Positions 48,900-58,760 of a stretch of 64,000 bases of DNA are shown here, piece by piece. The number at the start of each line of letters is the position of its first letter. Positions within the stretch are counted from its first letter, which is position 1. Position numbers and translations under genes: made by a program. Source of the stretch: Acidobacteriota bacterium (GTDB lineage Bacteria > Acidobacteriota > Terriglobia > Terriglobales > Acidobacteriaceae); assembly GCA_013289795.1 (NCBI GenBank), contig JABCZH010000001.1, positions 401,768 through 465,767 of the forward strand. The letters are read 5' to 3'. Below the pieces are notes generated by a model. The model had not been told where the DNA came from and searched no databases. It worked only from the letters and a program-made list of their open reading frames with translations.

Positions 48900-49871
48900 A
48901 TGAGTCAACTATTTGGCGCATTACAAAGATTGGAATCCGAGAACGCTGGAATTGATTCGTCCGCGTTTTTCGCTGCGACTGGGCCGTTGGGGCTGGCCGA
49001 GCAGCACGTAATCGCAGAGCCAGAAACCAGGTTCCCATTTACGGCATGGCCGCCGCCTGCGAGGGCAGTTGAATTTCCCATGAAGGCCGAACACCAGCTA
49101 AATGATCGTTTGGATCTGTTCGAGCAATTCCAATCTCTGCGGGTCTCCGTTTCTCCTCAAAGCCGACTGGTGTGCCTCACCCAGAGAGAGAGTCTTGCAG
49201 CGGAAAAGTTCAATTTTCTTGGAGTCCGCTTGCGACAGCTTCGGCAGAAGCGGACTCTCAAAAAGATGCTAATCACAAGCATAATGCCTCAAGAAGGCAA
49301 GAGTATGGTAGCCGCCAATCTTGCCTGCACCCTCGCTCGAAGAACGCAGCAGAGAACTTTGTTGTTAGAGGGAGACCTGCGGCGACCGTCCTTATCGCAG
49401 ATGTTTGGGTTGGCCAGGATTCCCGGCCTCTGTGAATGGCTTCAAGGCGAGCGCGGCCCGGCGACCAGCATCTACCATCTCGAAGAACCAGGCTTCTGGA
49501 TCCTGCCAGCAGGCAACTCTCCGAAAAACCCTCTGGAGATTCTGCAATCAGGGAGACTCCCCGCGCTCATGGAACAGCTTACCGCTTGGTTCGATTGGAT
49601 CGTTATCGATTCTCCTCCCGTGTTGCCCCTCGCCGACACGACCATTTGGATGCGGCTGGTAGATGGAATCCTGTTGGTTACACGTCAGGGTAAAACCGAG
49701 AAGCAGCAACTACGGAGAGGCCTCGAAGTGCTCGAGCCTACAAAGCTGATAGGTACGTTGCTGAACTCTTCTACCAACATTGCCCATGGCGACTATTACT
49801 GTAGCGACCGTCCACCCACTGTTTCACAACCGGATCGGGTCAGGCAAGATAATGAACTCCAATCACAGTAG
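48900..49871 (+). CDS. BY-kinase-like P-loop ATPase (exopolysaccharide chain-length/tyrosine autokinase, cytoplasmic domain only)
   Basis: 323 aa. Walker A-like ITSIMPQEGKSMVAANLACTLA, Walker A' LLLEGDLRRP, Walker B WIVIDSPPVLPLAD. No Wzz-like periplasmic domain. Tyr-containing C-terminal tail (GDYYCSD). Confidence 0.75.
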   Translation: MSQLFGALQRLESENAGIDSSAFFAATGPLGLAEQHVIAEPETRFPFTAWPPPARAVEFPMKAEHQLNDRLDLFEQFQSLRVSVSPQSRLVCLTQRESLAAEKFNFLGVRLRQLRQKRTLKKMLITSIMPQEGKSMVAANLACTLARRTQQRTLLLEGDLRRPSLSQMFGLARIPGLCEWLQGERGPATSIYHLEEPGFWILPAGNSPKNPLEILQSGRLPALMEQLTAWFDWIVIDSPPVLPLADTTIWMRLVDGILLVTRQGKTEKQQLRRGLEVLEPTKLIGTLLNSSTNIAHGDYYCSDRPPTVSQPDRVRQDNELQSQ

Positions 49872-49970
49872 CCATCTTTTATCGCTCAATTGCAAGTCGG
49901 TTAACGGGCGAACTCCTAATTACATTGACAGGCCACGTCAGTCATTTACCGCTGCCTCAGGAAAGCGGAT

Positions 49971-51146
49971 GTGGGACCAGCGGAGGAATCTGTGAATCTG
50001 CGACACTCGGACAATGGGTCGAATTTAGCCGCCACTCTTTTAGAGTCGGTATCAGCTGGGGAACGTGACGTTCTGAACGAACGAACGTTTAGGCGGATGA
50101 TCTCCATAGAGCGCAAAAGGACCGAGCGCTCTCGAAAACCGTTCCTGCTCATGTTGCTGGACACGGGTAACTGCCAGGATTCGAAAAAGAATGGAAAAGC
50201 CCTCGACAAGATCCTTTCGGCCTTGCTGGCATCGACCAGGGAAACCGACGTAACCGGCTGGTACAAGGACCAAGGCACTATTGGCATCCTGTTTACTGAA
50301 CTTGCGATTGATGACAAGAACTCAATCCTGGGCACAATCCTGACCAAGGTGAGCACTACGCTACAAGACAACTTGACTTTCGAGCAATTTAATCAAATCA
50401 GTGTCTCGTTCCACATTTTTCCCGACGATTGGGACGATGAGATCTCAGGGCGTCCGAGCAATCCGACCTTATACCCTGACCTGGTGAGCCGCGACAGTGC
50501 CAGACGGTTTCTCAACGTGACAAAGCGAATGATGGATATTGTCGGCAGCGCGATAGCGCTTATGATTTGCGCGCCTCTTTTCTTGATTATTGCGTTGGCG
50601 ATTAAAGCATCGTCACAGGGGCCCGTGTTTTTTAGACAACAACGGGTTGGACAGTACGGTAAGCGCTTCACCTTCCTGAAATTCCGGTCGATGCACGTCG
50701 ACAATGATTTTAGCGTTCACAAACAGTATGTGACACAGTTTATCGCCGGCCAGGCTGAGCGTAATCCGTCGAACGGGAACAGGTCGGGTGCATACAAGCT
50801 CACGAACGATACGAGAATCACGCGAGCGGGGGCGCTCCTTCGGAGAAAAAGCTTGGATGAACTGCCACAGTTTCTGAATGTTCTCAAAGGCGACATGTCG
50901 CTGGTGGGCCCTCGCCCTGCAATTCCCTACGAAGTAGCAGCCTATCAAACGTGGCACCGTCGCCGGGTTTTGGAAGTCAAGCCCGGGATCACGGGAATGT
51001 GGCAAGTTAATGGCCGCAACCGCGTGAAATTCGATGACATGGTCCGACTGGATCTGCGATACGCCAAATCATGGTCCCCCTGGCTCGATATCAAAATCCT
51101 CATGCGCACACCGCGCGCAGTACTTACGGGCGAAGGTGCGTATTGA
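49971..51146 (+). CDS. Polyprenyl-phosphate glycosyl-1-phosphate transferase (bacterial sugar transferase, EpsB/WbaP-like) with unusual about 190-aa N-terminal domain
   Basis: C-terminal about 200 aa match the sugar-transferase family (IVGSAIALMICAPLFLIIALAIK, GPVFFRQQRVGQYGKRFTFLKFRSM, SLVGPRP, PGITGMWQVNGR). N-terminal region (RTFRRMISIERKRTERSRKPFLLMLLD...) is soluble and not the usual 4-TM Wba N-terminus. Start codon uncertain (GTG at 49971). Confidence 0.85.
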   Translation: MGPAEESVNLRHSDNGSNLAATLLESVSAGERDVLNERTFRRMISIERKRTERSRKPFLLMLLDTGNCQDSKKNGKALDKILSALLASTRETDVTGWYKDQGTIGILFTELAIDDKNSILGTILTKVSTTLQDNLTFEQFNQISVSFHIFPDDWDDEISGRPSNPTLYPDLVSRDSARRFLNVTKRMMDIVGSAIALMICAPLFLIIALAIKASSQGPVFFRQQRVGQYGKRFTFLKFRSMHVDNDFSVHKQYVTQFIAGQAERNPSNGNRSGAYKLTNDTRITRAGALLRRKSLDELPQFLNVLKGDMSLVGPRPAIPYEVAAYQTWHRRRVLEVKPGITGMWQVNGRNRVKFDDMVRLDLRYAKSWSPWLDIKILMRTPRAVLTGEGAY

Positions 51147-51411
51147 GTTCAGCGCCCAGCCGATCGTTTGATTTCGATCCACCTGCATCCTACAGCCGTT
51201 CTTCATCAGCGAAGGCGTAACCGTGGAAAACAACGTCTTCATTCGGACACGTCACGCTACTCAACTACAGCTACTCTTACGCCATAACTTCCGATGGTGC
51301 TTCACACCGAATAGAACTGGGATGCGAAGCGCGCCTTTGTCAAAAGGGGCGCCAGCCGCCCGGCAGTGATCGGTCTCTCCGGTCAGTGATTCGGCGAAAA
51401 CGCCATCGTGG

Positions 51412-52641
51412 GTGAGGAAACTCCGCGACCAAAAACTTACCGCCAAATGCCATCGTGTCGGGAAACCCGGCACGGTTGTTGCGAAAGGGTGTGCAACATT
51501 GGGAACTATTAACGACACTGGATGGAGCACCACTGGCACTGCGGGCGCAGGGCTGGCGACTCTTGGGGCATTCTCTATTGACCGCAATGTCGAAAGTGTT
51601 CGCGAGTGCGCTTTCGAAATCGATCCACTCCTCGATCCTCGCTGGGCAGGATTGCTTGACCGTCATCCACAAGCCTCAGTTTTTCATAGCCCAAACTGGC
51701 TGCAGGCATTACGCACAGTGTACGGTTACGCGCCGGTCGTTGTAACCACTTGTCCTCCTGGAACAAGCTTGTCGAACGGACTGGTCTTCTGTCGTATCAA
51801 GAGCTGGCTGACCGGTCAACGTCTTGTCTCATTGCCATTTTCCGATCACTGCGAACCGTTAGTCGATAGTTCGGACGAACTCGATGACATGCTTCTATAC
51901 ATGAGGCATAACGTCGACAAAGACAGCTGGAAGTCCGTCGAGATCAGACCCATTTCCCGCGAGCCGAGCAGTCACACGAAGTTCGCCAGAGGCGTGACGT
52001 ATTGTTTCCATCGTCTGGATCTGTCTCGAAGCGCGGAGGATCTATTTCGTAGCTTCCATAAAGACTGCGTCCAGAGAAAGATTCGACGTGCCGAACGCGA
52101 GAATCTGAAATATGAAGAGGGGACCTCGGAGAACCTGCTCCAGGAGTTCTACCGGTTGGTTGTGTTGACCCGGCGACGACAGTGTCTGCCCCCTCAGCCT
52201 CTGAAGTGGTTTCGAGGCTTGATCTCAGCTTTCGGCAAGAACCTTAAGATTCGCATGGCTTCCAAGGATGGTGTAGGGATTGCCGGCATTCTCACCCTCT
52301 CACACAAGAAATCGATGGTCTACAAGTACGGTTGCAGCGATGCCAAGTTCAACCGGTTCGGTGGAACGCCGCTGCTGTTTTGGAAGACCATACAGGAGGC
52401 AAAAGACCGCGGTTTTGAGGAATTCGACCTAGGACGCTCGGACAGTGACAACCTTGGGCTCATCGCCTTCAAGGACCGCTGGTGCGGGCAAAGAGCACTG
52501 CTCCAGTACTGGAACTATCCCAATCGTCCGAGTCGCCCCACAGCTAGCTGGAAGAAGGGTTTAGCCAAACAAGTTGTTTCGGCAGCTCCAGACCTTGCAC
52601 TCGTGGAAGTTGGCAGGCTGCTTTACCGACATATGGGATAG
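51412..52641 (+). CDS. FemAB-like/GNAT-fold protein (PEP-CTERM-locus-associated FemAB family)
   Basis: Core from about residue 70: VFHSPNWLQALRTVYGYAPVVV...LVSLPFSDHCEPL...KFNRFGGTPLLFWKTIQEAKDRGFEEFDLGRS resembles Acetyltransf_6/FemAB-like proteins of EPS loci. True start is probably downstream of the listed ATG. Confidence 0.7.
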   Translation: MRKLRDQKLTAKCHRVGKPGTVVAKGCATLGTINDTGWSTTGTAGAGLATLGAFSIDRNVESVRECAFEIDPLLDPRWAGLLDRHPQASVFHSPNWLQALRTVYGYAPVVVTTCPPGTSLSNGLVFCRIKSWLTGQRLVSLPFSDHCEPLVDSSDELDDMLLYMRHNVDKDSWKSVEIRPISREPSSHTKFARGVTYCFHRLDLSRSAEDLFRSFHKDCVQRKIRRAERENLKYEEGTSENLLQEFYRLVVLTRRRQCLPPQPLKWFRGLISAFGKNLKIRMASKDGVGIAGILTLSHKKSMVYKYGCSDAKFNRFGGTPLLFWKTIQEAKDRGFEEFDLGRSDSDNLGLIAFKDRWCGQRALLQYWNYPNRPSRPTASWKKGLAKQVVSAAPDLALVEVGRLLYRHMG

Positions 52642-52704
52642 TCCGACATCCGACTCGGAGAGTAGCGATTCCCTTAATGGTAGGTAGTCTGGGTTGCGAC
52701 CCAG

Positions 52705-53172
52705 TCAGGCGCGATGCGTGGCTAGGCTCGTGCTCACCTGCTCGCGTTGGTCAACGCGCTCTGATTGGAAGGAGTAATCGACCAGCTTCCTGTACCGTCC
52801 ATCCTCAAGGTAGCCCTCGGACACCGCTTCTTCTGTGAGGTGAGGGAACATGGGAACCTCGCGCACTTTTCCATGTTCGTGCCCCAAGTTGAAGATGGCC
52901 TCTAGAGATGCAAGTTCCCTGTTGATCGTCCTGTTGGGCGCACCCTCTTTCTGCCGGAATTCAACATACTTTGTCAGAAGTGACCTGCTGACCTCGCCTT
53001 CCCCTAGATCGCCAAAGAATGACTTTAAATGAATGTCCCAGCGCGCCTCGGCATCATCATCAGACTTGCGGCCATTGATCCGATGCTCGCGCAGGAAGTC
53101 ATCGGCTAGCTCTTCCAGCCTGATCCGCTCACACTCTTTGTGCGGAGGAGGTGCGAACGGTAACATTTTCAC
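52705..53172 (-). pseudogene. Truncated tyrosine-recombinase (phage integrase) N-terminal fragment
   Basis: 155 aa matching only the N-terminal SAM-like core-binding domain (FLREHRINGRKSDDDAEARWDIHLKSFFGDL...LLTKYVEFRQKEGAPNRTINRELASLEAIFNLG). No catalytic R..HxxR..Y domain follows; the FemAB-like gene ends 64 bp downstream. Confidence 0.55.
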
Positions 53173-53417
53173 AATGAGGTTCCTCCACTTCTCCTAGGCA
53201 ATTGTTGTCGACCCCGGGCGACTGTGCAGAGCGGCTGTCACCCCTCTTGAATTCCTAAGCATCGTTTCGTAGCCGACGCTTGGCACGAAGTCGCCCTCTC
53301 AGTGACGAATGGTAGATGTCTGCATATAAGGGCGACTGTTCAAAACTGCACACTTTCTCAGATATTCTCTTTTCCGCTTCTTCCCAACACAATCGGGCGC
53401 TTACACACTCCCCTGAC

Positions 53418-54611
53418 TCAAGGCGTGACCTCAAACACAACGCCCTGGTTACACTTGCCCCCGCCCACTGTCGTGCCATATAGATTTCCAGCTGCATCGA
53501 GAATCAGGCCATCGTAGGGGGTACCTCCATCATCTTCATTAGAAAAGGCGTACTGCACCGATTCGGTCCAACTTCCGTTCGAAGGGTTCAGATCGAATAC
53601 GGTACCAGCGGAATCTCCTGTAGAAGTTGTCCCATGAAGTTTGCCTGATACATCCAGAGTCAGACTGCCACGATGCGGATAACCGCCACCGTTAGGTGCA
53701 TCGAAAGCATAGAGGACGGCTTCTGTCCATTGGCTATTTGAAAGCGTAAGCCGGAACACGGTTCCCTCACCGTAAGTACCACCCACGTATGTAGTCCCAT
53801 ATAGATTTCCAGCGCTATCAAACACTACACCCGCGTACGGAAAAGCTCCGTCATTGCCGCCTGAGAAATTGTAAATAATCGCCTCGCTCCAGCCTGATGC
53901 GGAGCGCGTCAGCTCGAAAACAGTGCCCCGCCCGGATCCGCCGTCTGTCGTTGTCCCATAGACATTACCTTGCTTGTCTAGCACGACGGTACCTTGAGGA
54001 TTCATGCCATCGTTGGTATTGCCGAAACTGTGGAGCATTGCCTCCGACCACGTACGTTTTTTCGACGACGAGGCCATCTGCGTGAGCTTGAAAACGGTCC
54101 CCCCGCCGTAAATGCCGCCAGCATAGGTCGTACCGTACAAAGCACCTGCTGCGTCGCAGGTTAGGCCTCCGAAAGGTTCCTCACCATCCCCTGGCGCACT
54201 GAAGTTGTAAATAACGCTCTGCTTCCATCCATTCGCTAACGCCGCCAGCTCGAAAACTACGCCCCATCCGCCGCCGCCTTCCATGGTTGTGCCGTAGAGA
54301 TTTCCGTTGCAGAAGGTCAAGCCAGCCATCGGATACGCCCCATCGCTGCCGCCAGTGAAACTGTAAAGCACCGTTTCATTCCAACTTCCATTTGAAGGGC
54401 TCAGCTCGAATACGGTCCCTGCGTTGTACATCCCACCAGAGTTCGTCGTCCCATAAAGGTTCCCTGCTTTGTCAACAATTACCCCGCCCTCAGATCGGCC
54501 CCCATCAGTTCCCCCGGTGAAGGCGTATAGGACCTTCTCCGTGCCAGCCCAAGCCCCAACCACAAGGACTAGCGTCACTATGACCAAAACCAAGACTGTC
54601 TTATTTTTCAT
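53418..54611 (-). CDS. Secreted Gloeo_Verruco-repeat (beta-propeller-like) protein
   Basis: 397 aa; GGGAGGG SD; signal peptide. About 7 tandem repeats of (V/I)LYSFTGG.DG..P.AGL..D.AGNLYGTT..GG..G.GTVF(E/K)L. Confidence 0.75.
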   Translation of the reverse strand: MKNKTVLVLVIVTLVLVVGAWAGTEKVLYAFTGGTDGGRSEGGVIVDKAGNLYGTTNSGGMYNAGTVFELSPSNGSWNETVLYSFTGGSDGAYPMAGLTFCNGNLYGTTMEGGGGWGVVFELAALANGWKQSVIYNFSAPGDGEEPFGGLTCDAAGALYGTTYAGGIYGGGTVFKLTQMASSSKKRTWSEAMLHSFGNTNDGMNPQGTVVLDKQGNVYGTTTDGGSGRGTVFELTRSASGWSEAIIYNFSGGNDGAFPYAGVVFDSAGNLYGTTYVGGTYGEGTVFRLTLSNSQWTEAVLYAFDAPNGGGYPHRGSLTLDVSGKLHGTTSTGDSAGTVFDLNPSNGSWTESVQYAFSNEDDGGTPYDGLILDAAGNLYGTTVGGGKCNQGVVFEVTP

Positions 54612-55212
54612 GGAATGCCCTCCCGTCTAATCTGAGCATCGGTTGGCTTCAATGGGTTTCAAGGAAATCGCAGCCTGGAAGATTGCCCCCACAAAACCCG
54701 GCTAATCTATTTACCCTCGAGCTATTTCACATTCGCCTTCCTGTGTGCTCGAACGGCATGTGTCACACAAACATTACCAAGACAGAATTCGACAGGACTG
54801 ATCAAAAACGCTCATCTGCCATGCACGGTGCCCTGCACAACCGAGTCACACTGAGACGATGGACTCGGGGCACGGGCATCGGACGGCTCTTCGCAATCGA
54901 GGCCGCAGATGCGAAGTCCATAAATCGATAACGGCCAGCCTAGCTGCAAGCGAGCCTCGGTTCCGCCGTGGGCCGACGTCCATGGGCTTGTTTACAAGAA
55001 CCGAGCAATCCCGAACATCACGAAAGAGTGAGCAATTGTGAACAGTCATCCAGCTGTGGCGACAGTAATATTCGGGCTGCTTCACTCAGCGGCCCACCTG
55101 AGACGGTGGACGGCTCATCGGGGGCAGGCGTGGGTTATTGTCGGGCCAGTTGGTGACATTCGACCCTCACGCTGGCCCCAGTCTTGTTGGCGTCTGAACA
55201 CTGTGTTAATGA

Positions 55213-56445
55213 TTGGCACAGCGCATTGGACACACGCCTTTCAAGGACGAAGGACTCGGCAAGAAAGTAAGGGCCATGGCAGATCGAACACGATCCGACA
55301 GACGGAACGCCGGTCGAAGTCCGCGCCAGTTCGTGGCTTTGATATGCATAGGGAAGCGTGCTTCCGGTGGTCGCGACCCACTCAAACTCAGTGCCGCACT
55401 TTTCGCAGTTCAATTGCTCCTATCGCTCTGTTTGGCAACCACAATCAGTGCGCAGCAGTCACAGGATTACAGCGTTTCAGCCAATCATGTCTTGGACGAC
55501 AAGGGGCACATTTACCACATCCATGGCGTGGACCGATCGAGTTTTGAGCGGAGTCCGTCGGGTGACGGACACTTCACTCAAACCGACTTCAACAACATCG
55601 CGGCGTGGGGCGCCAACACTGTCCGCATCGCGACGAATCAGGACTTTTTGCTGGTTGATTCCTCATGTTTCGCTCCATCTTATTTGGTCGGCTACCTTGA
55701 TCCAGCCGTGATGGCTGCCCACAAGGCCGGTCTGAACGTTATCTTCGACCTGCGCTGGAACGATGGCGGTGTGGCGGGGACGTGCGCTACTGGCCAGCAG
55801 AAAATGGCCGATGCCCGTTCCCTGAAGTTCTGGCAGATCATGGCTAATCACTACAGGGATGACCCGAGGGTATTCTTCGAACTGTACAACGCGCCACAAG
55901 ACATCTCGTGGGGTTGTTGGTTGAACGGCTGCACAACTTGCACACTAGCAGGTTGCAAAACATGGGTCGGCATGCAGCAGATGTACAACACGGTGAGACT
56001 GGCTGGCTTTAATAACTTGGTCATCATCGGGGGCGTAAAAGAGGCCTATGAACTGAGTGGAGTACCCAACAATCTCCCTTCGGGATTCAACATTGTCTAC
56101 GCCGCGCATGTCCACTCGTCTGAAACGCCTTCCAGTTGGTCCAACAGTTTCGGCTTCCTGACGTCCACCTATCCGGTGTTAGCGACTGAATTCGGGGACG
56201 ACACATGCACCTCGAGGTACGTCACATCGGCGCTTAATTATTTTGATGCGCCCGATGGCTATGCTGGCAATCGGATGGGCTGGATTGGATCGGCCTGGAA
56301 CGATCCCGGCAACTGCGCCTTCCGGTCGATCATTGCGGATTGGAATGGGACGCCGGACGCGATGGGCCAACCTGAACGCGATCGTCTTCTTAGTTATAAA
56401 AAGCCGCCTCCGCCGCCGACCGGCCTCGTCGCGACCGTACAGTGA
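55213..56445 (+). CDS. Secreted glycoside hydrolase family 5 (cellulase/mannanase-like)
   Basis: GH5 motifs: acid/base region VFFELYNAPQD (NEP-like) and nucleophile region LATEFGDD. Signal-like LKLSAALFAVQLLLSLCLATTISAQQ. The start is probably downstream of the listed ATG (a GTG/TTG just before the signal). Confidence 0.75.
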   Translation: MAQRIGHTPFKDEGLGKKVRAMADRTRSDRRNAGRSPRQFVALICIGKRASGGRDPLKLSAALFAVQLLLSLCLATTISAQQSQDYSVSANHVLDDKGHIYHIHGVDRSSFERSPSGDGHFTQTDFNNIAAWGANTVRIATNQDFLLVDSSCFAPSYLVGYLDPAVMAAHKAGLNVIFDLRWNDGGVAGTCATGQQKMADARSLKFWQIMANHYRDDPRVFFELYNAPQDISWGCWLNGCTTCTLAGCKTWVGMQQMYNTVRLAGFNNLVIIGGVKEAYELSGVPNNLPSGFNIVYAAHVHSSETPSSWSNSFGFLTSTYPVLATEFGDDTCTSRYVTSALNYFDAPDGYAGNRMGWIGSAWNDPGNCAFRSIIADWNGTPDAMGQPERDRLLSYKKPPPPPTGLVATVQ

Positions 56446-56730
56446 GGCCGGCGGCGGCGACCCCCTATGCGAGTACCGCGTCTGACCTGTTTGAATCCCT
56501 ACAATGCGCGGCTGAGGCGGTGCTATCCGACGAGCACCCACATCGATCACGTTGTCAATGACGACAAGGAATGCTCAGGCCCCCGTAAAACTCGGCTAGG
56601 TCAGCGTCAAATCCACCTAGCGACTCTCTGGAGAGACCCCTCATGAAAATTCTCAATGAGTGTAATCGCTGATTTCAACAACTATCGGAGAAACGGCTTC
56701 GGGGCAGCCTGTTTGGGTCGCCGCGCCCCT

Positions 56731-56931
56731 CTATTTGCGCTTGCACAGGAATGCCGCGATTATCGCCGCTCCAGCGCAAGCCAGCTCACTTGATGCCGAG
56801 CCATACTCTGCTACGGCCACAGAACGCGGGTGAGCATTGCGGGATTGTTGCGCCTGTTGTTGCGATTCATTCGGGCAGCCCGCGCAGATCAAGCAAAGCA
56901 GAATGAGTGCAGCGAGTGCACCCAGTTTCAA
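56731..56931 (-). CDS. Candidate small lipoprotein (TTG start)
   Basis: (M)KLGALAALILLCLICAGCPNE... with lipobox-like LICAGC. AGGAGGG SD 9 nt upstream of the TTG. The longer track ORF is probably an over-extension. Confidence 0.25.
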   Translation of the reverse strand: MKLGALAALILLCLICAGCPNESQQQAQQSRNAHPRSVAVAEYGSASSELACAGAAIIAAFLCKRK

Positions 56932-57301
56932 TCGCGTAGTCCCTCCTGTGGGCCATCGAGGCCGATACACCCACTTACACTCCGCCGCATTGTCGTTTAT
57001 CAGTCGGGCGTCCGATGCAGAACCGGGACAGAGGTCAAGCGAGATGTCCATAAGATTCAAAGGCAGGAGGCGCGGTGTTGATCGAGTGCGCGAAGGACCA
57101 TATTTGTGACTCACTGGGCTATCCCTGCCAAACATGGTGACCGCACGCGCACGGTACGGTTTCGGTAGGTTTTTGCTTAGTTAACTGCTGTTTGCAGATC
57201 GGGCAGGGTTTAGTCATCATATACGTCATTCAGTCTTACCTCCACAGGAGCCTACAGATTGATGCTACCAACCCGGGTCTGACCCGTCTGATCAGAAACG
57301 C

Positions 57302-58090
57302 TCACATTGTCGGGGTGGAGGCGACGGCCATTCGAGTATGGTCATGCGTGATGCGCTCTTCGATCCTAGACACGAACTTCGGCGTGAGGCCCTTGACCAT
57401 CTGCCGGATGCCAGGCCCAAACTCGTGAAGTACGTTGATCCCCGCATCGCCGCCAATCGTCGAACCGAAGTTGTTGAATGTCTCCGAAGGGGAGCGCACC
57501 CAATATGTAAGGTGGGAGGGATGGGCGCTGGCGACCGAGGCCAACACCCCAAGAAAATACGAAGTGTTCGGCCTCCCCTTTCCGGAGTCGTTACGCGTGA
57601 AAAGAGTTCGCGAAGCTGCGTAAGTGGCGCGACCGATGAAGGTGGTGCTGGTCGATGGGAGATAACGCGAGTTCGGCTTGAACAACGGTGAATACGGGCC
57701 CTTACCGAAAAGGTTGCCAGACCGTTCTTGAATAAACGCAGCTGGATAATGGGCGGTTAAATTGGGCGGGGATCTCGGAATGACCCGCCCCGATTCGCTT
57801 TCGCGGATTATGCCCTCGCTGACGCCAAACCCACCTGGTGTCAGAGGCGAGCTGGCTTCATTGCCGAAGGTGCGAAATCTCCCGCCTTGCGATATAGACC
57901 GTACGGCTGACGGAGCATCAGGAAGAGATCTCGACGTATCAAAGTTTTGACGCTGTACTTCGGATGGGTTTGAGCCGCCAAACTCTAATCCCTGCAGCCA
58001 GTCAGCTGAAAGATTTTTCTGGCACAAGGCCCCGCTAACAGACAATAGGATAAAAGACATGACCCGGATTAGTGCTGTTTGCTTCACCAT
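57302..58090 (-). CDS. Hypothetical secreted protein
   Basis: 262 aa with N-terminal signal peptide. Ser/Gly/Pro-rich, no recognised domain. Confidence 0.5.
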   Translation of the reverse strand: MVKQTALIRVMSFILLSVSGALCQKNLSADWLQGLEFGGSNPSEVQRQNFDTSRSLPDAPSAVRSISQGGRFRTFGNEASSPLTPGGFGVSEGIIRESESGRVIPRSPPNLTAHYPAAFIQERSGNLFGKGPYSPLFKPNSRYLPSTSTTFIGRATYAASRTLFTRNDSGKGRPNTSYFLGVLASVASAHPSHLTYWVRSPSETFNNFGSTIGGDAGINVLHEFGPGIRQMVKGLTPKFVSRIEERITHDHTRMAVASTPTM

Positions 58091-58493
58091 GGCTCGGTTT
58101 GCAACGCGGCAAGCGACTTTGGAGTATTCGGCGATTCAAATGCAAGTCCACCTTGACGTTAACAGTCCACAGGGCATTCGTCTGAGCAAGAGTGCTCAAC
58201 CGTAAGGCCTGCCGCACGACTGGGACAGTCTGGGAACCGCTATCTGCCTAGCCAACGGCAGGAGGTCCGTTGTTCCTGATGGATTCAAACTTTTCAAAAC
58301 TACCGGACGCCATTATGCCCGTTCGTCAAAGCCGCCAGAATCAAATCTCACATCGGGGGGGGAAAACTAGCCTGGTAGCAAGATTTAGAGACGATCAATT
58401 CTGACCAGTATTCCGCAGTGTGACGTCCGATACTGGCGACTCACCAGCTTCTGACCATAAGACCTGGTCCGCACCACCACGAAGGAGATCGCC

Positions 58494-58760
58494 ATGTCCC
58501 AAACCGTATTGGAAAGAACGGCTGAACGCATCGCCGAATCAGCTCACCAGGCTTCTCGCGCAACCAGTGCGGTTGCAGATGCAATAGAGGATGGCGCAGG
58601 AGCAGTGAGGCGCGTCGCAAAACAGGGCGGCGATGCTGCCGAAGAATTCTTGAACGAAACCACTCAACGCATCCAGGAACACCTTGTGCTAACGATTGCC
58701 ATGACGTTTGCGGCGGGTTTTACCGCAGGAACGTTAATCGGCTGGATGAAGCGAAGGTAG
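58494..58760 (+). CDS. DUF883 / ElaB-YqjD-YgaM family tail-anchored stress protein
   Basis: 88 aa; GAAGGAGA SD. Helical N-terminus and C-terminal TM ending ...LIGWMKRR, characteristic of ElaB/YqjD. Confidence 0.7.
   Translation: MSQTVLERTAERIAESAHQASRATSAVADAIEDGAGAVRRVAKQGGDAAEEFLNETTQRIQEHLVLTIAMTFAAGFTAGTLIGWMKRR

Noticed and set aside
53172-53420. tRNA gene next to the integrase fragment
   Set aside because: Scanned by eye for T-arm/acceptor motifs (GGTTCGAATCC-like); none found here or at the 38.7 kb side.
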